Shown here: positions 56,601 through 64,000 of the stretch, piece by piece
Layout of the letters: every line of letters starts with the position of its first letter
How positions within the stretch are numbered: position 1 is the first letter of the stretch
From: a virus
Direction: 5' to 3' (one strand)
Virus record (IMG/VR): IMGVR_UViG_3300013006_000023
Span: 32,001 to 96,000 of that record
DNA length: 64,000 nt
The notes under the pieces: model-generated
The model's database searches: none
Told to the model about the DNA's origin: nothing
The model's input: only the letters and a program-made list of their open reading frames with translations
Program-made: the position numbers and the translations under genes

Positions 56601-58201
56601 CTTCTCCAACCCCCACCCAGACACCTACTCAAACACCCACCCCCACCCAGACACCTACTCAAACACCCACACCCACACCTACTCCTACAATAACACCCAC
56701 TCCTTCTACCACACCGTCTTTGGCTAATAACATATGTGTGTCAGGAGCTGGAACTGAAGAGGCAAATGGAACTTATGCATATGACCCCAACTTCAATGCC
56801 AATCCCGGAAAGAAGGTTTGGTTAAGATTTCAGCCTTTAGGACCCCCCTACAGTTACGGTGTGACTTATGACGAGGCCCAGGGTCGGTGGGTTTTAGGTG
56901 TTTACTTTGTTTTATCTTTGCAAACTACTCTTTACTCCAACTCTGCTCCCAATTCAGTAAACCCACCGCAATCTGGATGGGTTGTTGACTCTGGGACTGT
57001 GCCTGCACCCACCATCGCTCATGCAGCATGTCCTACACCCACACCTACAGTTACACCTACAGTTACACCTACAGTTACACCAACTGTCACACCAACTCTC
57101 ATACCGCCGCCCCCATCTTACCAATACTATGGCACAGGATCCAATCTCTATGGACAATTAGGATTGGGCGACACAACTCAATTTAACACATTCACTGCAT
57201 TGACTGGCAATTGGTCACAAGTTGCATGTGGTGGCAATCATACCATGGCATTGTCAGCAGGTACTAATAACCAATGGTTTGCCGCAGGGTACAATCAATA
57301 TGGTCAATTGGGATTGGGCAACAGTGGTGCAGGTACCAACAGAAACACCTTCACTGCATTGACTGGCAATTGGGCACAGATTGCATGTGGTACCTATCAC
57401 ACCATGGCATTAAGTGCTGGCACTAATGCATTGTTTGGCACAGGATTCAATGTCAGTGGTCAATTGGGATTGAGCGACACAGTGCAAAGAACCACATTCA
57501 CACAATTGACTGGCAATTGGTCACAGGTGGCATGTGGTAGCCAGCACACCATGGCATTGTCAGCAGGTACTAATAACCAATGGTTTGCCGCAGGATTAAA
57601 TAATGATGGTCAATTGGGATTGGGCAACAGTGGTGTAGGTACCAACAGAACCACATTCACACAATTGACAGGCAATTGGTCGCAAATCATATGTGCTAAT
57701 GGTGGCGAACACACCATGGCATTGTCAGCAGGTACTAATAACCAATGGTTTGCCGCAGGATTCAATGGCTCTGGTCAATTGGGATTGGGCAACAACACAC
57801 TGAGAAACACATTCACTGCATTGACTGGCAATTGGTCACAAGTTGCATGTGGTGCCTATCACACCATGGCATTGAGTGCTGGCACTAATGCATTATTTGC
57901 CACAGGATCCAATCTCTATGGACAATTAGGATTGGGCAACAGTGGTGCAGGTACCAACAGAAACACCTTCACTGCATTGACTGGCAATTGGTCACAGATT
58001 GCATGTGGTACCTATCACACCATGGCGTTGAGTGCTGGTACTACACAGTGGTTTGCCACAGGGTACAATCTATATGGTCAATTGGGATTGGGCAACAGTG
58101 GTGCAGGTACCAACAGAACCACATTCACACAATTGACTGGTAATTGGTCACAGGTGGCATGTGGTAGCCAGCACACCATGGCATTGAGTAGTACACTATA
58201 A
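53633..58201 (+). CDS. Modular tail fibre / adhesin: Pro-Thr linkers, L-type lectin, LamG/ConA-like and 7x RCC1 domains
   Basis: GCEGFSLFF...GLGYS...GIGFDSSGN (legume lectin); SYPGTGT...FTVNMW...VYMNG (LamG); GxNxxGQLGLG...CGxxHTMAL x7. Confidence 0.8.
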   Translation: MNVLPEKIRLNVGHPANVLADLTYNYSLCAPILSSITNVPLPGYIGYYFNDGNTTRRYAALIYTTQDQYIYSPTRQLSANRWNLIYGFTSPINNVYDTHTHTDPQPINTSSPINNYVTLTGWGFTRNITTLSGRKIHITYNDFNWYDINTVLVQNITGNFTQFNGVYTYAPGSLSGVYVKELYLDQYGVPYYAALTYVKDFYYGNNLWAFGEGYLGSYSYIFSAANVFPILSSSAIVPTTGYSYFSFHGLDVNQSRYASFAYDRIQPTPTPTPTQTPTQTPTNTQTPSQTPTRTQTPTQTPTNTQTPSQTPTNTQTPSNTPTQTPTPTITNVGVQSLSSLPTTDPSSKTSTVALSSFVINPTDDDIFSFQCAHYGPTLSGCEGFSLFFIDTTLPPQQRYDGAPLRGLGYSSLILRDAGFIKVYLGVENGVFGIGFDSSGNFGLSSAGVLGYGKPIPNSVTLRSSINNKFVPLYRTEDLSNEYLDEPFSMYQQLTGSPQFTDYRIRFSNFGKTIFLDFKNREIFRNILKYDFATALPSIMPSIGFSALSGSKLAVRGFNYNGNLIPLTPTPTPSITPSRTPTQTPTTTRTPTPTRTLTPTPSMTPSITPTPSITPSRTPTQTPTPTRTPTPTVTPTLPDNRVFYADFANTLSYPGTGTLVQNLKSLSNYATLTNGFYPITSYGGGIHVISSNGFTFDYPGFTWNQLGLNNNFTVNMWLQLSSYPQEYFRSLFSSESYQLSGFRCFLGGSGSGSLQGRLVFGNGESLSSTDSPAFAVQPATVVPLNTPVNLTFTVAPCGGPLGVVASVYMNGMMAASASGNFRSPWNTTIRLFSIGGWKPAECDFFLAEYATGAQPSWQVKDRYNQYAPRFRPAVYNYITFTGEIIPIVAPQTPNYLIVSTDVQTFSATFDSQILGISNNFDTNNFTNCNLTFNYSAGLSANKQVVYTTQNATISSNLGNLYTLYYTNTGSIILGFAVSNLNVPPITSYPPPSPTPTQTPTQTPTPTQTPTQTPTPTPTPTITPTPSTTPSLANNICVSGAGTEEANGTYAYDPNFNANPGKKVWLRFQPLGPPYSYGVTYDEAQGRWVLGVYFVLSLQTTLYSNSAPNSVNPPQSGWVVDSGTVPAPTIAHAACPTPTPTVTPTVTPTVTPTVTPTLIPPPPSYQYYGTGSNLYGQLGLGDTTQFNTFTALTGNWSQVACGGNHTMALSAGTNNQWFAAGYNQYGQLGLGNSGAGTNRNTFTALTGNWAQIACGTYHTMALSAGTNALFGTGFNVSGQLGLSDTVQRTTFTQLTGNWSQVACGSQHTMALSAGTNNQWFAAGLNNDGQLGLGNSGVGTNRTTFTQLTGNWSQIICANGGEHTMALSAGTNNQWFAAGFNGSGQLGLGNNTLRNTFTALTGNWSQVACGAYHTMALSAGTNALFATGSNLYGQLGLGNSGAGTNRNTFTALTGNWSQIACGTYHTMALSAGTTQWFATGYNLYGQLGLGNSGAGTNRTTFTQLTGNWSQVACGSQHTMALSSTL
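54431..54623 (+). repeat. Pro/Thr/Gln linker 1 with a near-perfect 60-bp tandem duplication
   Basis: 54461-54520 vs 54521-54580 nearly identical; encodes (TQTP[ST]QTPT[NR])n. Confidence 0.9.
55325..55543 (+). repeat. Pro/Thr linker 2
   Basis: PTPTPSITPSRTPTQTPT... tandem low-complexity repeats. Confidence 0.9.
56594..56718 (+). repeat. Pro/Thr linker 3
   Basis: PPPSPTPTQTPTQTPT...; 30-bp duplication ccccacccagacacctactcaaacacccac. Confidence 0.9.
57032..57117 (+). repeat. Pro/Thr linker 4
   Basis: 12-bp unit acacctacagtt x3 encoding TPTV. Confidence 0.9.
57128..58198 (+). repeat. Seven tandem RCC1/BLIP-II-type repeats (~147-165 bp each)
   Basis: Near-identical at DNA level (ggtcaattgggattgggc, ttgactggcaattggtcaca, caccatggcattg). 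Confidence 0.92.
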
Positions 58202-58209
58202 CTCTATTC

Positions 58210-58237
58210 TTGATTTAAGACTATTTTATATTAAAAT
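58210..58237 (+). promoter_or_regulatory. Sigma70-like early promoter for the GT60 gene
   Basis: TTGATT-N16-TAAAAT, 6 nt before GTG 58244. Confidence 0.6.
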
Positions 58238-58243
58238 ATTCTT

Positions 58244-59515
58244 GTGAAAAAACAGCTCAACGAAAAGATATTTATTTCCATTGCTTCATACAGAGACCCA
58301 CAATTGTTGCCAACCTTAAGAGATTGTATTGCCAATGCTAAGCATCCCGAAAATTTAGTTTTTGGCATAGCTTGGCAAAGAGATGACAAGGAATCGTTGG
58401 AAGAATTTGCCAAAGACAAGAGATTCAGAGTGCTGGACATACCTTACAAAGAAAGCAAAGGCACTTGTTGGGCCAGAAGCAGCATACAAGGATTGTATAA
58501 AAACGAAAAGTATCACCTACAGCTTGACAGTCATCATCGGTTTGTCAAGGACTGGGATGAAAAATGCATTGCCATGATCAAAGCTTTGCAAGACAAAGGC
58601 CATGAAAAGCCTTTGCTAACAGGTTATATATCCAGTTTTGATCCAGATAATGATCCACAAGCACGCATCAATATTCCATGGAAAATGAATTTTGATAGGT
58701 TTATTCCAGAGGGTGCAGTGTTCTTTCTGCCTGCTTCAATTGATGAATACAAATCTCTCACACTGCCAGTACCAGGTCGCTTTGTATCAGCTCATTTCAT
58801 CTTCACCCTGGGCCAGTGGATCAAAGAAGTGCCATATGATCCATTCTATTACTTCCATGGTGAAGAGATAAACCTGGCTGTGAGGTCATACACCCATGGG
58901 TATGACATATTTCATCCTCATATTGTTGTGGCTTGGCATGAGTATACACGCAAAGGCAGGACCAAGCATTGGGATGATATCACTGATTGGGGTCAAATGA
59001 ACACTTCATCTCATGCACGCAACCGCAAGTTGTTTGAAATGGATGGTGAAAAGAAGGACATCGATTTTGGCATATACGATTTTGGCAAGACAAGATCATT
59101 AGCAGATTATGAGAAGTATTCTGGTCTTTGCTTTAAAAAGCGTGCAGTGCAACGTCACACTCTTGACAATCTGTATGCACCCAACCCCAATTCCACATTA
59201 ACACCAGAAGAATATGACAAGTCTTTCTTAAGAATCTTCAAACATTGCATTGATGTTGGTTATGACAAAGTGCCAGAAAAAGATTATGATTTTTGGTGTG
59301 TGGCATTCAAAGATAAATCAGGCAAAGATGTGTACCGCAAAGATGCCGATCCAGAAGAAATTAAGAGAATGCTCAATGATCCCGACAAATATTGCAAAGT
59401 GTGGAGAGAGTTCAATGCAGAAGAAACACCACACAGTTGGATTGTGTGGCCACATAGCTTATCAAAAGGCTGGGCTGAACCCATAGTAGGCTACCTGGGC
59501 AATGCTGTAAGCTAG
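58244..59515 (+). CDS. GT60-like polypeptide alpha-GlcNAc transferase (Gnt1/OGNT family)
   Basis: IFISIASYRDPQL, SKGTCWARS, LQLDSHHRFVKDWD (DSH motif), EVPYDP..YFHGEE..LAVRSYTHGYDIF.P. Confidence 0.85.
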   Translation: MKKQLNEKIFISIASYRDPQLLPTLRDCIANAKHPENLVFGIAWQRDDKESLEEFAKDKRFRVLDIPYKESKGTCWARSSIQGLYKNEKYHLQLDSHHRFVKDWDEKCIAMIKALQDKGHEKPLLTGYISSFDPDNDPQARINIPWKMNFDRFIPEGAVFFLPASIDEYKSLTLPVPGRFVSAHFIFTLGQWIKEVPYDPFYYFHGEEINLAVRSYTHGYDIFHPHIVVAWHEYTRKGRTKHWDDITDWGQMNTSSHARNRKLFEMDGEKKDIDFGIYDFGKTRSLADYEKYSGLCFKKRAVQRHTLDNLYAPNPNSTLTPEEYDKSFLRIFKHCIDVGYDKVPEKDYDFWCVAFKDKSGKDVYRKDADPEEIKRMLNDPDKYCKVWREFNAEETPHSWIVWPHSLSKGWAEPIVGYLGNAVS

Positions 59516-59523
59516 TATAAATA
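59516..59523 (+). promoter_or_regulatory. Late promoter TATAAATA
   Basis: Exact consensus, 7 nt before ATG 59531. Confidence 0.65.
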
Positions 59524-59530
59524 AGTACTA

Positions 59531-60313
59531 ATGAACAAGTTTTGTTTTGCTACAGAAGCAACATACCCCAATTACACAAAACGCATAAAAGAAAACATTC
59601 TGGGCGATTATTTGCATCTGGAGTTGGATAAAAAAAATGTGCCTTTCATAGTATCCACCAACAGGCCTGAAGATTTTGGAGAATTCAAAGATCACCCCAC
59701 CATAAAAGTCTTTCATATTGACGATTTACGCAAAGATGCACCTGAATCTCTTGAATATGAATTGCTCCCTGAGAATCCTGCAGGCATTTATCCAAGCAGA
59801 TACCCTTTCAACACAAGAAGATTCACATTAAAAAAAGCTGTTGAATTAGGATGCAATTCTTGTTATTATTTTGAAGCTGATATCAAGGTTAACCGTGGAT
59901 TGAATTTTACAAGTGATAGTTTTTTTAATTTCTTAAATGATATATATGCACCCAACACTCTAACCACCAACACAACAATTTTTAGATACAAAAACTTAAA
60001 ACCCGATGATGTATTTAATTTTCACGGTCAATACATTGAAAAATTTGGATACAATTTTAAACCTGATCAATATGACACTGTTGACGGCACACTTCAATTT
60101 TACATGGGTGAAACATGTGACTCTCTATTAAACTTTTATAACACATGGAATGACTTGGCATTATTTGGATACAGAAATGCTGTAAACGGAGGCTATGGCT
60201 ACAAGAACAATGCACATGGCGTTCTTTCATTTGCCATACCAGCATCAAACTTTACCTTGAGGGAATATGGTCTCCCATTTTATGCTGATCACCATCCAGA
60301 TGAAAGATACTAG
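59531..60313 (+). CDS. Putative GT-A fold glycosyltransferase
   Basis: FIVSTNRPEDF, RYPFNTRRFTLKKA, YYFEADIKV (DxD-like), GVLSFAI; cluster context. Confidence 0.55.
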   Translation: MNKFCFATEATYPNYTKRIKENILGDYLHLELDKKNVPFIVSTNRPEDFGEFKDHPTIKVFHIDDLRKDAPESLEYELLPENPAGIYPSRYPFNTRRFTLKKAVELGCNSCYYFEADIKVNRGLNFTSDSFFNFLNDIYAPNTLTTNTTIFRYKNLKPDDVFNFHGQYIEKFGYNFKPDQYDTVDGTLQFYMGETCDSLLNFYNTWNDLALFGYRNAVNGGYGYKNNAHGVLSFAIPASNFTLREYGLPFYADHHPDERY

Positions 60314-60969
60314 TGAAACTTTTAAGGAAAATTGTAGATAAAATTTCATTGCATAATGATTTTACCTTAGTAAGTGTGGGTGCCAACAACGGGCTATTTG
60401 TTGAAGAATTGGTTTATTTTGACATTCTTAAAAAAGATTGGAATTGCTTGTTCATAGAACCTGTGAAAGAATCTTTTGATAAATTAATTGAAAATTATAA
60501 TGAACACTACCCTTTGAATAACTTTAAATATGAAAATAGTGCCATTTTTATTGAAGATGGTACAGGAGAGCTAATTACTCATAAGAATGATGATTCGTTT
60601 GGCATGTGCTCTTTTTTTCGTCATAAAAATACTAATTCGGTGAGCATACCTGTTAATTTAAAAACATTTAAAACAATCTTAGATAAACATGAAATAAAAC
60701 ATGTGGATTTTTTAAAGGTTGATTGCGAGGGTTTTGATTATGAAGTTATCCTGCAACTGCTGGACATGCAAATACTTCCAAAGCTTATTTTATTTGAGGA
60801 TATTATGCTTGGTGCAACTCCAAATGATGTAATTAAAGGTGTCAGAGGTAAATCTGAATGCTTGACTGTGTTGAGGGCATTAAGATACAAAATTATTACT
60901 GATGTACCTGAAGTGGAATTTGAATCATCCAATATGTTTGCAGTGAGAAATGATATAAATATTGAGTAA
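60313..60969 (+). CDS. FkbM-family methyltransferase
   Basis: VSVGANNG, FIEPV, ENSAI, VDFLKVDCEGFDYEVI, ILFE. Confidence 0.88.
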   Translation: MKLLRKIVDKISLHNDFTLVSVGANNGLFVEELVYFDILKKDWNCLFIEPVKESFDKLIENYNEHYPLNNFKYENSAIFIEDGTGELITHKNDDSFGMCSFFRHKNTNSVSIPVNLKTFKTILDKHEIKHVDFLKVDCEGFDYEVILQLLDMQILPKLILFEDIMLGATPNDVIKGVRGKSECLTVLRALRYKIITDVPEVEFESSNMFAVRNDINIE

Positions 60970-60971
60970 CC

Positions 60972-62516
60972 ATGAGCAACAAACTGGAATGTGCAGATTT
61001 ATTTTCCATATGCAATGTTAGTTTTGCAGATACAGGATTTTACGTAAATCTATGCGAATCCACAGAAAGAAAAGCTAATGTTGATGAGCAAATTAAAAAA
61101 TTTCAAATAACTGGTTTAAATAGATTTGAAGCATTAAAAGATGAATTGCGTCAAAGTTCTGCAACAAAAAGCCAAAGAGCGGTTTTTGAACAAGCAATTA
61201 AAAACGGTAATGATGTTGTCTTTGTGGCAGAAGATGATTTTCACATATTGGACACAATAACTCCTCATAATAAACCACGTATTCCCATTGAGGAACATTT
61301 ATGCATGTTAAAACAAGAGTTGGATACTCTGGATTGGGATGTGTTTTTGTTTGGTTGTTGCCCGCGATCACATTTAATACCATACACACAAAATATAAGT
61401 CTTGTGCACAAAAGCACAGGAGCATGGGCTTACTTAATAAAGAACAAAGCCATGCAATATATTTTGGATAATTTCCATTACACAAGAGATTATTTGGCCA
61501 TTGATGACATTCTACCGTTGCTCAATTTCAGAGGATTCAAAACGTTTTGCGCTTCACCCATAACAATACATCATGAAGTGGGGTTTGTGTCCACACTCAA
61601 TCCTCAAGGCCCTGTAAACTATGATAACATGATAAATGGATGCTATGCAAAATACCAGAGTTACAGTGATGATAATTATTTGACAGATTATGATTTTGCA
61701 CGCAACACAACCATAGTAATTGCTGGTCACTTTGCAGATAATTTTTTATTTTACTTGAGATACTTGCTTCACAGTCTGCCTGAAGCACTTAAGAAATGTA
61801 AATTTTTAATTTATTATGATCATGATCCTAGGGTTGATAACCCAGTACTCTCGTTAATACATTACTTCTACAACCGAAATGACTATCTAACACACAACAT
61901 TAAGTTTGTTAAATATGGATTAATTGACATATTTAAAACAGCATTGGATGATATAACCACACCATATTTTATTTTCTTAGAACATGATTGGGTTTTTCTT
62001 GATAAAAATAAAATTAACTTCAATTCACTGGTGAGTGCATTCAATAACAACAATTTTGTGCATTCAGTTTATTTTAACAAGGACGATAATAACATGCGCG
62101 GTTTTGATATATGCAAAGATGCTTGTGGTGACACAACACCATTTGAGAGAGACATCAGAGTCAGTGAGACTGATCTTGTAACAACTTGCCGCTGGTCCAA
62201 CAACCCTGCAATGCATAGAACAAGCAAATTTAAAGAATGGTATGATGTGCATTTGGCTCATGTGCATGGCAACACAGGTCATGGTCAGCATGATGTGGAA
62301 GAGAATATGATACCCATATACAGAAAAGCAATTGAAACGTCCAAATGGACAGACATCAGGGACAATTGGGGAACATTTTTATATGGTAATATTGGTGATG
62401 GTCCCTATGTTGGTCATACAGATGGCACCAGAAGATACACTACCACTGCACGATCACAGCCAGAAATTAATGGTGATGCATATATTGAAAACAATCCTTT
62501 ACCGCAGCAAGACTAA
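60972..62516 (+). CDS. Bifunctional glycosyltransferase, GT25-like + GT2-like
   Basis: FYVNL...ERK...RFEA...VAEDD...GAWAYLI (GT25); second domain YFIFLEHDWVF...WSNNP...YVGHTDG. Confidence 0.8.
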   Translation: MSNKLECADLFSICNVSFADTGFYVNLCESTERKANVDEQIKKFQITGLNRFEALKDELRQSSATKSQRAVFEQAIKNGNDVVFVAEDDFHILDTITPHNKPRIPIEEHLCMLKQELDTLDWDVFLFGCCPRSHLIPYTQNISLVHKSTGAWAYLIKNKAMQYILDNFHYTRDYLAIDDILPLLNFRGFKTFCASPITIHHEVGFVSTLNPQGPVNYDNMINGCYAKYQSYSDDNYLTDYDFARNTTIVIAGHFADNFLFYLRYLLHSLPEALKKCKFLIYYDHDPRVDNPVLSLIHYFYNRNDYLTHNIKFVKYGLIDIFKTALDDITTPYFIFLEHDWVFLDKNKINFNSLVSAFNNNNFVHSVYFNKDDNNMRGFDICKDACGDTTPFERDIRVSETDLVTTCRWSNNPAMHRTSKFKEWYDVHLAHVHGNTGHGQHDVEENMIPIYRKAIETSKWTDIRDNWGTFLYGNIGDGPYVGHTDGTRRYTTTARSQPEINGDAYIENNPLPQQD

Positions 62517-62519
62517 TAG

Positions 62520-62547
62520 TTGATATTGAAATAAAAATATATAAAAT
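62520..62547 (+). promoter_or_regulatory. Sigma70-like early promoter
   Basis: TTGATA-N16-TAAAAT, 5 nt before ATG 62553. Confidence 0.6.
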
Positions 62548-62552
62548 ATTTT

Positions 62553-64000
62553 ATGTCCTTTTGCACAGCGGATAGGCTTTTATCAAGACCCAACAAGAGC
62601 GTTGATGCCAGCATCATTTCACACGAACAGATCAAGCACCTCATTACATTTCTTGAACAAGCGGTTACAGAGAACATAGAAGGTGATGTGGTTGAATTTG
62701 GTTGTTATGTGGGCGAATCATCCAAATATCTGAGAATGATGCTTGATGAGCTCAAGAGCAATAAAGAATTGCATGTGTATGATTCTTTTGAAGGATTGCC
62801 TCAATTGAGTGAACATGAAAAAAACACTGCATGGAGACCAGGCACTCTCAAATCAACTGTTGAAATTCTGGAACAAAATTTTGAACAAAACGGTCTCAAG
62901 AAACCTGTTATCACAAAAGGGTGGTTTAAAGATGTTGCAGATGCTGACATCCCATCCAAAATATCATTTGCATTTCTTGATGGTGATTTTTATGAATCAA
63001 TATATGATTCTCTTCAAAAAATTTATGACAGAGTTAGCGATGGCGGTTTCATTGTATTTCATGATTACAAAAGACCTGACCTGCCTGGAGTAGAAAAAGC
63101 TGCATGGGATTTCTTTTATACCAAAAATGTATTTCCTAACATAACTGTTGTATGTGAGCAGCTTGGTGTGTATCGCAAGAATGCCACAGTGAAAGTCATC
63201 ACTGAAACTCCCAAATATGAAAATCCAATCACACTGGTCACAGGCATCTGGGATCTGGGCAGAGGGCAACTCACTGAAGGATGGTCTCGTAATTATTCGC
63301 ACTACCTAGATAATTTCAACAAACTACTCCAAGTTGAAAACAATTTAATTATTTTTGGTGACAAAGAACTCAGAGATATAGTTTACAAAGTTAGAAGCGA
63401 TAAAAATACACAATTCATTGAGAGACCCTTGGAATGGTTTAAGGATAACCAATATTATCCGTTGATACAGAAGCTCAGAACCGATCCAAATTGGTTCAAT
63501 CTGGCAGGCTGGCTCACGGAATCAACACAGGCAAAGCTGGACATGTACAATCCCTTGGTAATGTCCAAGATGTTCATGCTTAATGATGCTAAAATCATGG
63601 ACAAGTTTGATTCTAAGTTCTTATTCTGGCTGGATGGTGGCATAACCAACACTGTGCATCCTGGATACTTCACTCATGACAAGGTGTTCAATAACCTGGA
63701 GAAGTACATCACCAAATTTTCTTTCATCTGTTTTCCGTATGAGGCCAATAATGAGATTCATGGCTTCAAGTTTGATGAAATCAATAAACTAGCAGGCACC
63801 ACAGTGAAGAAAGTTGCAAGGGGTGGATTGTTTGGTGGACCCAAGGACAGCATTTCTGATATTAACACAATATATTACAATCTTCTCATGGGCACTCTTG
63901 ACTCAGGTCTAATGGGCACAGAAGAATCCATATTTAGCATCATAACATACAAATATGGAGACAAGGTTAACTATTTTGAGATTAATTCAGATGGTTTGTT
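62553..64000 (+). CDS. Partial: TylF/MycF-type sugar O-methyltransferase fused to an HtrL/YibB-like domain (runs off right edge; absent from ORF track)
   Basis: Manual translation: EGDVVEFGCYVG, YDSFEGLP, KGWF, FLDGDFYES, GGFIVFHDY, PGVEKA; then ITLVTGIWDLGR, YNPLVMSKMF, FWLDGG, RGGLFGG, GTEESIF. Confidence 0.85.
   Translation, partial: MSFCTADRLLSRPNKSVDASIISHEQIKHLITFLEQAVTENIEGDVVEFGCYVGESSKYLRMMLDELKSNKELHVYDSFEGLPQLSEHEKNTAWRPGTLKSTVEILEQNFEQNGLKKPVITKGWFKDVADADIPSKISFAFLDGDFYESIYDSLQKIYDRVSDGGFIVFHDYKRPDLPGVEKAAWDFFYTKNVFPNITVVCEQLGVYRKNATVKVITETPKYENPITLVTGIWDLGRGQLTEGWSRNYSHYLDNFNKLLQVENNLIIFGDKELRDIVYKVRSDKNTQFIERPLEWFKDNQYYPLIQKLRTDPNWFNLAGWLTESTQAKLDMYNPLVMSKMFMLNDAKIMDKFDSKFLFWLDGGITNTVHPGYFTHDKVFNNLEKYITKFSFICFPYEANNEIHGFKFDEINKLAGTTVKKVARGGLFGGPKDSISDINTIYYNLLMGTLDSGLMGTEESIFSIITYKYGDKVNYFEINSDGL

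Noticed and set aside
57128-58198. CRISPR array or DGR template/variable repeats
   Set aside because: Repeats are in-frame coding RCC1 blades without unique spacers; differences include indels and non-A changes; no cas or reverse transcriptase gene in the window
4109-63673. Many short antisense or off-frame ORFs in the track (e.g. 7051..7428, 11209..11649, 39940..40344, 41328..41804, 54454..54729, 62997..63302)
   Set aside because: They lie within well-supported genes, lack promoters and motifs, and look like shadow frames
1-64000. Stop-codon reassignment
   Set aside because: Core genes are full length in code 11, and TAA, TAG and TGA all end genes at expected positions
1-64000. tRNA, rRNA or large ncRNA genes
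   Set aside because: Intergenic gaps are all under ~70 bp and filled by promoters or a terminator; no cloverleaf signatures seen

Overview
A compact, AT-rich (roughly one third GC by eye) 64 kb segment of a large T4-like (myoviral) phage genome using the standard genetic code. Positions ~1.4-25 kb hold the recombination/replication core: UvsY, UvsW, gp55, gp47/46, gp43, UvsX, gp41, probable gp59, gp32, gp45 and gp61. Embedded among them are a GT-B glycosyltransferase, a divergent QueC, an Ntn glutamine amidotransferase with an apparent ATT start, a GT2-like transferase, a rhamnose-type epimerase/reductase and ribosomal protein bS21. Positions ~25-58 kb hold neck, terminase, tail and baseplate genes, with dUTPase and gp44 interleaved. 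They end in a 1522-aa modular fibre/adhesin with Pro/Thr mucin-like linkers, lectin domains and a 7-blade RCC1 propeller. A glycosyltransferase/methyltransferase cluster (GT60, GT-A, FkbM, GT25-GT2, TylF-HtrL) follows and runs off the right end. Best candidates for undescribed biology: (1) a phage-encoded mucin-type virion O-glycosylation system with a possible Leu-Ser/Thr-small sequon; (2) a replisome-embedded QueC + amidotransferase + glycosyltransferase set, possibly a new DNA modification pathway; (3) near-universal predicted leaderless transcripts, with one strong-SD/AUU exception and a nested in-frame late gene. All family calls come from motif recognition by eye; no database search was run.
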